A stretch of 64,000 nucleotides of DNA, from positions 216,629 through 280,628 of the forward strand of contig JBDVMC010000025.1 in assembly GCA_039970335.1 (NCBI GenBank), written 5' to 3'. The notes under the pieces are model-generated. The model was not told the DNA's origin. It searched no databases and saw nothing but the letters and a program-made list of their open reading frames with translations. A program made the translations under genes and the position numbers. Numbering within the stretch: the stretch's first letter is position 1; every line of letters starts with the position of its first letter. The stretch is from Henriciella sp. Lineage in GTDB: Bacteria; Pseudomonadota; Alphaproteobacteria; Caulobacterales; Hyphomonadaceae. This document shows, one piece after another, positions 57,367 to 64,000 of the stretch.

Positions 57367-58698
57367 TCAACCAGCGCGTGTCTCAGTACTTGCGACCACA
57401 CCACCAGACTTGAGAAATTCAATCGCTTTTTCAAGTTGATAGTCGCCCTCATAATCTTCAGGCGGCATATCATCCGGGATGTGCGGTACGTTCCGCGCAG
57501 CGCCGTCTTCATTATCCAGCGCGTTTGGCAGATCAGCCTCAGAATAACGCTGGAACCGTGCAAGGTCTTCTTCGCTCACCCGGCGATTGGCGACTTCTAT
57601 GTCGGGGCTAATCCCTGTCGATTGGATCGAGCGGCCTGACGGCGTGTAATAACGCGCAGTGGTCAGCCGAATGGCGCCGCGCTCGGCCCCAAGCGGAACA
57701 ACCGTCTGCACAGACCCTTTGCCGAAGCTGGTCATGCCGATCACTGTTGCGCGGTCGCGGTCCTGCAATGCCCCCGCGACAATTTCTGACGCCGACGCGG
57801 AACCATTATTGATCAGCACGACGATTGGGACGTTTTTGAAGACCTCACCCTTTTGCGCGTTCGAGCGCATCACATCGCCTGGGCGACGGCCAATGGTCGA
57901 CACCACTTCTCCGCCTGACAGGAACTGGTCGCTGACCGATACCGCCTCATCCAGGAGACCGCCGCCATTATTTCGGAGATCGAGAATGATCCCGGTTGGG
58001 CGGCGCCCAATCTCATTGCGGATCTGATCGAAAGACTCGATCAGTTTGGTGGTCGTCTTCTTATTGTTGAACGTCGCGATGCGGATATAAGCGACATCGT
58101 CGCCCTTATTTTCAAACTCAACATATTTTGGCGAGATTACTTCTCGCGTGAGCGTCACATCGAATGGGTCTTGCCCATCGCGATACACCGTGACCACCAA
58201 GTCGGATCCAGGCGCGCCGCGCATATCGCGGACAGCATCATCCAGGCTCAGGCCGACAATGGCTTGATCATTGATATGGGTCAGCAAGTCGCCAGGCTCC
58301 AGTCCAGCGCGGCTGGCGGGCGTATCGTCCATAGGCGTTACGACTTTAACAAAGCCATCTTCCATCGTCACTTCGATGCCGAGGCCGCCATACTCGCCAG
58401 ATGTCGTGACCTGCAGCGCCTCAAATTCTTCCGGCGACATATAGCCAGAATGTGGATCGAGCGACCCCAGCATACCATCAATGGCTGCCTCAAGCGCCGC
58501 GACCTCGTCGATTTCCTCAACATAGTCAGCTTTTGCGCGCGCCATAACTTCGGTGAAGAGTGAGAGCTGCTCAAACGCCGCTTCATAGCGCGGCGATTCA
58601 TATTCAGCGTCCGGCCAAGCCACTGCTGACACACCCACTGCTGTAGCACCTAAAACGACCCCCAGCGCGGCTCCTGTCAGCATTGCTCTCATAGACAC
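57367..58698 (-). CDS. ctpA: S41 family carboxy-terminal processing protease
   Basis: PDZ segment (GLEPGDLLTHIND), LDLRNNGGG, SASASEIVAGALQD catalytic-Ser region. Confidence 0.9.
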   Translation of the reverse strand: MSMRAMLTGAALGVVLGATAVGVSAVAWPDAEYESPRYEAAFEQLSLFTEVMARAKADYVEEIDEVAALEAAIDGMLGSLDPHSGYMSPEEFEALQVTTSGEYGGLGIEVTMEDGFVKVVTPMDDTPASRAGLEPGDLLTHINDQAIVGLSLDDAVRDMRGAPGSDLVVTVYRDGQDPFDVTLTREVISPKYVEFENKGDDVAYIRIATFNNKKTTTKLIESFDQIRNEIGRRPTGIILDLRNNGGGLLDEAVSVSDQFLSGGEVVSTIGRRPGDVMRSNAQKGEVFKNVPIVVLINNGSASASEIVAGALQDRDRATVIGMTSFGKGSVQTVVPLGAERGAIRLTTARYYTPSGRSIQSTGISPDIEVANRRVSEEDLARFQRYSEADLPNALDNEDGAARNVPHIPDDMPPEDYEGDYQLEKAIEFLKSGGVVASTETRAG

Positions 58699-58714
58699 TT
58701 CTCCTGTTTCGGCC

Positions 58715-59926
58715 TTAGCCGCGTTTCATCCACTTTGCGGGGTCCATTGGCTCACCGCCACGACGGACCTCCATATATAGTTCTGGCTCACCACTGGCGC
58801 GCTCGGACATGACGGCCACGGGCTCACCCTGGCGTACTGATTGACCGACGCCAACATAGCTCGACGACATGCCCCATAACAGAACATGGTATCCGTCGCT
58901 TGTCGAGAGGATGAGCAGCTGCCCATAGCTCCGAAACGGCCCTGAAAATTCCACCGTTCCGCTAATCGGCGCAGTCACTTGTGCGCCGTTCCGCGTCGCG
59001 AACGCAACATTCTCTGACTTCGCGCCGCCGGGCATCTTATCACCCCAGGCGCGGACCATTCGGCCAGTCGCAGGCAACGCCAAAACACCGAGCGGTTGCG
59101 AGACGGTTGGTCTCGGCAAGTTTGCGCGCTGGGTCGTGCGCGGGCGTTTCTGCTCGGCCATTGAAAGGCGAGGCTTCAAACGGGGCGCGCCGGGTGCAGC
59201 GGCTTCCAATGCCGCGATCAACTCGCGAATGGTACCCGCTTTTTCTCCCAAGGAAACAGCACGTTGACGAAGGCTTTCGGCATCTGCGTTGACGTCTTCA
59301 AAAACCGAGCGTTTGGAGGCGCTCAGCTGCGTAATCTCTTCTTGTTTTAGAGCGAGCGCAGCATCGGCGGCGGCGAGGACTTTTTGTTCTCGCACGATTT
59401 GACGCTCGAAGCGGCGCAGCTGCGTGATCTCATCGGTCAAGGTCGTTGTCTTCACGCGCACCTGAGGGGCGACTTCGCCCATGAGGATGGCGGCGCGGAT
59501 GGCCTGATTGGCATCTTTCGGCTGAGTCAAAAGCGCCGGTGGGCGGTGACGCCCAGACACAGCGAGCGAGGCCATCAAATCTTCGAGAGCCTCTTCGCCA
59601 TCGACCAATTCGGTCCGCGCGGAGCTTAGTCGTGAGCGCAGAGAAACGAGTTTTAGCTCGGCTGACGTGGCTTGCTCTTCGCGTCTTTGGCTTTCCATAG
59701 CAGCGGAAATCAAGTCGCGTTCAAGGGTTTCCAAATCCCCGGCCACAGCATTGCCGGCCTCTTCCAAGGCTGCCAGCTTTTGCAGGGTTTCGGCGCGCTC
59801 AGCTTCGAGCGCATCCAGTTCAGCGCGTGAAACATCGCCTTGCCCCTGCACCGGCGCAGCCGCCATCCCAATAATGGCAGCGCACACCATCAGGCGGCGG
59901 AAAGAGAGAGAGTACCTGACTCGCAT
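58715..59926 (-). CDS. envC: murein hydrolase activator EnvC-like (coiled coil plus M23/LytM domain)
   Basis: Long N-terminal coiled coil and a C-terminal LytM-type domain (GQLLILSTSDGYHVLLWGMSS..VGVGQSVRQGEPV). Confidence 0.85.
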   Translation of the reverse strand: MRVRYSLSFRRLMVCAAIIGMAAAPVQGQGDVSRAELDALEAERAETLQKLAALEEAGNAVAGDLETLERDLISAAMESQRREEQATSAELKLVSLRSRLSSARTELVDGEEALEDLMASLAVSGRHRPPALLTQPKDANQAIRAAILMGEVAPQVRVKTTTLTDEITQLRRFERQIVREQKVLAAADAALALKQEEITQLSASKRSVFEDVNADAESLRQRAVSLGEKAGTIRELIAALEAAAPGAPRLKPRLSMAEQKRPRTTQRANLPRPTVSQPLGVLALPATGRMVRAWGDKMPGGAKSENVAFATRNGAQVTAPISGTVEFSGPFRSYGQLLILSTSDGYHVLLWGMSSSYVGVGQSVRQGEPVAVMSERASGEPELYMEVRRGGEPMDPAKWMKRG

Positions 59927-60009
59927 TGTTTTACTATGCCACGATCCGGGTGATCAGGACATTAACGAATGAGCGACGCACAAAACTTCTAGTTGATGCT
60001 TCCAGTCGC

Positions 60010-61041
60010 CTAAGCGTCTTTCGCTTCGATCTGATCGGCTAGATCCACGATAACTTTCGCTTGTTTCCAAGTCGCATCATCCTGCATTTTGCCATCCAGC
60101 ATTGCGACACCGGCACCATCTGGAATAGCGTCCAGCACGCGGCGAGCAAAGGCAACTTCGTCCGGATCCGGGCTAAAGACTTTCTTGGCGACGGCAATCT
60201 GACTGGGGTGCAGCGTCCAAGTCCCGACACAGCCCATGAGGAAGGCATTTCGGAATTGCTGCTCACATGCGTCCAAGTCAGCAATATCGCCGAATGGGCC
60301 ATAGAACGGTTTGATCCCGGCCATGCCGCATGCGTCGACCATTTTGCCAACCGTATAATGCCACGGATCCTGCTGCGCTGCGGCGCGCGGCGCACCGTCT
60401 TCGCGCGGATCTTCGATGACGCGGTAGAACGGATGTCCGCCGCCAACCCTGGTTGTTTTCATCTTGCGGGACGCTGCCAGGTCTGCCGGTCCGAGCGAGA
60501 TGCCCTGCATGCGCGGCGACGCCAAAGCGATGTCTTCAACGCGCGCAACACCTTCCGCCGTTTCCAGGATCGCATGCAGCATGATCGGGCGCGTAAGCCC
60601 GGCCTTCGCTTCGAGCTGGGCGACGAGTTGGTCGACATAGTGAATGTCCCACGGCCCTTCGACCTTCGGGATCATCAACACGTCGATTTGTTGCCCGGCC
60701 TTGGTCACCAGCTCTGTCACGTCATCCAGAAACCAGGGCGAGTTCAAGCAATTGACCCGGCTCCAAAGCCCGGTGCCTTTGGCTTGCCAATCCAGCATGC
60801 CTGCCATTTCGATCACCCCCGCGCGGGCTGCGTCTTTGGCATCCGCCGGGATGGCATCCTCAAGATTTCCGAGCACGACATCGCAAGTATCCGCCATGCC
60901 TGGGACCTTGGCGCGGACTTTATCGAGGTGCGGCGGGACGAATTGGATCATCCGCTCAACCCGTACCGGGAGGTCTCGCATTGGCTCAGGAGCGCCCGCG
61001 GCAAGGGGCTTAAAGAATTGGCGCGGCGCTTTTTGGCTCAT
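60010..61041 (-). CDS. HpcH/HpaI aldolase-citrate lyase family; malyl-CoA/beta-methylmalyl-CoA lyase-like (long, Chloroflexus-type)
   Basis: [31 protein letters not shown]-terminus, [49 protein letters not shown] and [24 protein letters not shown] closely resemble my memory of Chloroflexus Mcl. Not verified by alignment. Confidence 0.7.
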   Translation of the reverse strand: MSQKAPRQFFKPLAAGAPEPMRDLPVRVERMIQFVPPHLDKVRAKVPGMADTCDVVLGNLEDAIPADAKDAARAGVIEMAGMLDWQAKGTGLWSRVNCLNSPWFLDDVTELVTKAGQQIDVLMIPKVEGPWDIHYVDQLVAQLEAKAGLTRPIMLHAILETAEGVARVEDIALASPRMQGISLGPADLAASRKMKTTRVGGGHPFYRVIEDPREDGAPRAAAQQDPWHYTVGKMVDACGMAGIKPFYGPFGDIADLDACEQQFRNAFLMGCVGTWTLHPSQIAVAKKVFSPDPDEVAFARRVLDAIPDGAGVAMLDGKMQDDATWKQAKVIVDLADQIEAKDA

Positions 61042-61111
61042 GGATGATCCTCCGATTTGTCGCGCAACCTAGCGAGGCAAGGCCCGGACGCAATGGGGAG
61101 ATGGTCGCAGC

Positions 61112-61609
61112 CTAACGGGTAAAGACATATTCGTTGCGGCGGAAGCTTTCGCTTTCGCCTTTCACCGTCACCATTTTTTCGATTTGAAACGCATTCGCGG
61201 CGAACGTGTAAGTCATCGCGCAGATCGCCTCACGGCCCATATCTTCGCAATCCTCAAGCGTGATCACCTGACGGCTTCCTGTTTCGAGCACTTGGTTGGA
61301 GACGATGGGTGCTCCTACAAAGGACGTCCCGTCTGCGCTGATCAGAGCTTCTCCGGTCGAGTTAGCTTGCGGTTCGGCCGGATAATTATAAGCGAAGGCA
61401 AGGCCATTCTCGATGACTTCAACCTCGATCTCAGCAGGGATGGTCACATCCTCAAAAGGCTCTTGGTAGTTGAGATAGGTCAAGCTTCCGGACCAATCGG
61501 CGCCAATCACAGTTTCCAAGTTTTCAGGAGTCAAAGCGGGTACGTTTTCAGCCGAGGCCGGCAAAGCAATGATAGATGAGAGGAGCAATGAGAGCGCGAG
61601 CGATTTCAT
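61112..61609 (-). CDS. hypothetical exported protein
   Basis: Signal peptide MKSLALSLLLSSIIALPASA; beta-rich; no family recognised. Confidence 0.6.
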   Translation of the reverse strand: MKSLALSLLLSSIIALPASAENVPALTPENLETVIGADWSGSLTYLNYQEPFEDVTIPAEIEVEVIENGLAFAYNYPAEPQANSTGEALISADGTSFVGAPIVSNQVLETGSRQVITLEDCEDMGREAICAMTYTFAANAFQIEKMVTVKGESESFRRNEYVFTR

Positions 61610-61682
61610 ACCGAATGTCCTTTGAAGATACTGCCCTTTTTACGGGGCACGATGCTTATTGGATCACTACAGGGTCGGTCGA

Positions 61683-62579
61683 CTAGAGCGCCATCGGGTG
61701 GCTGGTCTCCAAAAGCTCGGCAAGCTCATCGGTCAATACATGCGTATAGATTTGCGTCGTCGCGATATCGGCATGGCCCAGCAAGGTTTGAACGCTGCGA
61801 AGATCAGCGCCGCCCTGCAACAGGTGCGTCGCATAGGCATGGCGCAAAGCGTGAGGATGAACCCGCGATGGTGCCAGCCCTGTTTTCAAGGCCAGGCCTT
61901 CCAGCATTTGCGCAAGGCGGCGGCGGGTCAGATGACCTGACTTTCCGCGTGACGCGAACAGGTACGCCCCGCTTCCGGTGCCATACTTATCGCCGTCTCG
62001 TAGCTCCAACCAGTTTCGCAAAGCTAGCAAAGCTGGCGCGCCAAGCGGGCAAAGCCGCTCTTTTCCGCCCTTGCCGCGAACGATCATATCGCGCGTCTCC
62101 CAAAGCCCGAGACGGCGGCGCGGCAAATCCCCCAGGCGCAAGCTCACCAGCTCGCTGACGCGCAGACCGGCGCCATAAAGAAGCTCGAGCAAACAGGTTA
62201 GGCGGGCATCATCCACACAAGCGCGCAGAAGACCATCGACGTCCTCGCGGGTCAGGACATCTGGCACTTCGCGCTGAACCTTGGGGCCATCTAACTTTGA
62301 GGTTGGGTCATCTTTGCGGTCGCGCTCTTCGAACAAGAACCGAAAGAAACGCTTCAGAGAGGACAGTTTTCGAGCCTGCGTAGAGGCTGCAAGGCCATCT
62401 TTTGCCAAGCTTTGCAGCCACGCCGACAATTCGCTGGCATCCGCAGAACAAAGCCCGCCACCAAGATACCCGGACGCATCCAGCAGATCTCGGCCATAGG
62501 CATCCAACGTATGCGGAGAGGCGCCGCGCTCTGCAGACATCATTTCCAAAAAAGCTTCGATGCGAACCATATCAGACAT
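61683..62579 (-). CDS. xerD: site-specific tyrosine recombinase XerD
   Basis: FLEMMSAERGASPHTLDAYGRDL N-terminus, HALRHAYATHLL, LLGHADIATTQIYTHV catalytic region. Confidence 0.9.
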   Translation of the reverse strand: MSDMVRIEAFLEMMSAERGASPHTLDAYGRDLLDASGYLGGGLCSADASELSAWLQSLAKDGLAASTQARKLSSLKRFFRFLFEERDRKDDPTSKLDGPKVQREVPDVLTREDVDGLLRACVDDARLTCLLELLYGAGLRVSELVSLRLGDLPRRRLGLWETRDMIVRGKGGKERLCPLGAPALLALRNWLELRDGDKYGTGSGAYLFASRGKSGHLTRRRLAQMLEGLALKTGLAPSRVHPHALRHAYATHLLQGGADLRSVQTLLGHADIATTQIYTHVLTDELAELLETSHPMAL

Positions 62580-62610
62580 GCAAAGCGTCTTAGGCCCCAG
62601 ACCTTAACGC

Positions 62611-62643
62611 CAAACGAAAACGGGCGCCCCGAAGAGCGCCCGT
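62611..62643 (-). terminator. rho-independent terminator after the alanine/sodium symporter gene
   Basis: On the minus strand: acgggcgc tcttcggg gcgcccgt followed by tttcgttt. Confidence 0.75.
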
Positions 62644-62664
62644 CTGAATTAAGTTAGGCTTTGC

Positions 62665-64000
62665 CTATTCGGCTGGTTGCCCTGAAGGGTCCTGATACGG
62701 CTTCCCGTCTGAGCCGAGCATAATACTATCGCCGTCTTCAGTATCAGGGTCGCCATTCTTCTTATGCATCGCGACCACCACGCCCGAGAGCGCCAGGATC
62801 GCGATCAAGTTCGGGAAGGCCATGGCGGCATTCGCTAAATCCCCGAAGATCCAAACGAAGTGAACCTCCATGATCGCACCAACAAAAATGACCCCAACCC
62901 AGAAATAGCGGATCGGCATGGTTGCCCATTCGCCGACCAGATAGGTCACGGCCTGTTCGGCATAATAGGTCCAACCAATGATCGTCGTGAACGCAAACAG
63001 GGTGAGCGCGATGGTCACAATCCAGCCGCCCCCCGGAATGGCCCGTGAATAAGCCTCATTGGTGATGCCAGACGCTTCAAGCCCGGCGGCTTGCCAGACA
63101 TATTGCGTTGTCGGTCCAACCGTATCGACCAATCCCGCCGCGGTTTCCCATGTGCCGGTTGTGGTCAGGATTACCAAGGCTGTCATCGTACAAATGATCA
63201 GCGTATCGATGAACACACCGATCATAGCGATCTCGCCTTGAACGACCGGGTTCTTGGTCTGCGCCGCAGCGTGAGCGATTGGCGCTGAGCCTTGGCCCGC
63301 TTCGTTGGAGAACAAGCCGCGCGCGATCCCGAACCGGATCGCGGAAAGCACCGCATAACCCGCAAGACCACCCGCCGCTTCTTGCAGACCGAAGGCTGAC
63401 TTGAAGATCATCGCGAAGGCGCTTGGAATTTCAGCATAATTGATCACCAGAACAATCGCCGCACAGAGAACATAAAGGGCAGCCATGAAGGGCACGACTT
63501 TACCCGCAACAGACCCGATCGATTTGATCCCGCCAATAATCACAATGAAAGTCATCGCCGCGATCGCAACACCGACAGCCCAAGGCGGAATTCCAAGCCC
63601 GATTTCAGTGCCGCTTCGAACAACCGTCTGGGTGATTGAGTTAGACTGCGTCATGCCACCGGTGACCATGGCCGACATGATCGTACCGATGCAGAATAGG
63701 ACGCCGAGCCAGACCCACTTTTTACCGAGGCCGTTCTTGATATAGTACATCGGGCCGCCATTGATCCGGCCATATTCGTCTTTCTCACGATACTTGATGG
63801 CGAGCGAACTCTCAGCAAAAGCGAGCGCCATGCCGAAGAAGGCGGTCACCCACATCCAGAAAATCGCGCCGGGACCACCGAGCGTAATCGCGGTTGCAAC
63901 ACCAGCGAGGTTCCCGGTTCCAACTTGTCCCGAAAGAGCTGTGGAAAGGGCCTGCCAAGCGGTGATTTGGTTCGGGTCACCATTGCCTTTTCGGCCATCC
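62665..64000 (-). CDS. alanine/glycine:cation symporter (AGCS) family transporter, 5'-truncated by the window edge
   Basis: GGPMYYIKNGLG, FSNEAGQGSAPIAHAAAQT motifs. The frame stays open past the ATG at 63855 (upstream codons read ...GGPGAIFWMW, typical of AGCS) to the end of the window. Confidence 0.88.
   Translation of the reverse strand, partial: DGRKGNGDPNQITAWQALSTALSGQVGTGNLAGVATAITLGGPGAIFWMWVTAFFGMALAFAESSLAIKYREKDEYGRINGGPMYYIKNGLGKKWVWLGVLFCIGTIMSAMVTGGMTQSNSITQTVVRSGTEIGLGIPPWAVGVAIAAMTFIVIIGGIKSIGSVAGKVVPFMAALYVLCAAIVLVINYAEIPSAFAMIFKSAFGLQEAAGGLAGYAVLSAIRFGIARGLFSNEAGQGSAPIAHAAAQTKNPVVQGEIAMIGVFIDTLIICTMTALVILTTTGTWETAAGLVDTVGPTTQYVWQAAGLEASGITNEAYSRAIPGGGWIVTIALTLFAFTTIIGWTYYAEQAVTYLVGEWATMPIRYFWVGVIFVGAIMEVHFVWIFGDLANAAMAFPNLIAILALSGVVVAMHKKNGDPDTEDGDSIMLGSDGKPYQDPSGQPAE

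Noticed and set aside
60061-61047. 328-aa ORF on the plus strand, fully antisense to the malyl-CoA lyase-like gene. Similar long antisense ORFs occur at 47239..47958 (opposite efp), 38055..38876 (opposite nrdA), 14464..15168 (opposite the GT39 gene) and 10065..10691 (opposite the aminotransferase).
   Set aside because: Their Arg/His/Gly-rich compositions are typical of the reverse frame of GC-rich genes. They lack SD sequences and recognisable domains. The opposite-strand genes have unambiguous family motifs.
61683-62579. Tyrosine recombinase as a marker of an integrated mobile element
   Set aside because: The sequence matches housekeeping XerD. There is no flanking tRNA, direct repeats, phage genes or transposase genes.

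Overview
This 64-kb window looks like core chromosome from an alphaproteobacterium. It resembles Caulobacterales/Hyphomonadaceae, judged from an RcdA-like DUF1465 gene, DUF1013/TrcR-like and DUF1192 genes, a class I FBA in a gap-pgk-fba cluster, ftsEX divergent from an MJ0042-type zinc-ribbon gene, and the order rppH, yibQ-like, ctpA, envC.

I call about 72 protein-coding genes, densely packed, with many 4-nt ATGA start/stop overlaps. They cover:
- translation and secretion: ffh, rpsP, efp, truB
- central metabolism: mdh, gap, pgk, fba, tal, ugd
- dNTP synthesis: nrdA, nrdB
- cell division and envelope: ftsEX, envC, ctpA, an ArnT-like GT39 and LpxR-like outer-membrane proteins
- a scattered set of redox and stress genes: oxyR, msrA, a thioredoxin-TPR protein, azoR, a peroxiredoxin, a quinone oxidoreductase, a GST and an alternative oxidase

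I found no rRNA, tRNA, CRISPR array, transposase, phage integrase or obvious genomic island. XerD is the only recombinase and sits in a housekeeping context.

I do not see a compelling novel multi-gene system. The most checkable leads are:
- an uncharacterised, translationally coupled operon: acyl-CoA synthetase, class IV aminotransferase, sulfotransferase-fold protein
- nrdA and nrdB separated by two LpxR-like genes, with NrdR-box-like palindromes and an unusual AT-rich leader
- a 340-bp structured non-coding region divergent from oxyR, with a CU-rich hairpin loop (candidate sRNA)
- a 327-bp hairpin-rich spacer between convergent genes
- an orphan Chloroflexus-type malyl-CoA lyase-like gene
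- a bacterial alternative oxidase

All family assignments come from motif recognition by eye, and no searches were run. Several start codons were moved from the ORF-track start to an internal start with a better Shine-Dalgarno (SD) sequence; these remain uncertain.
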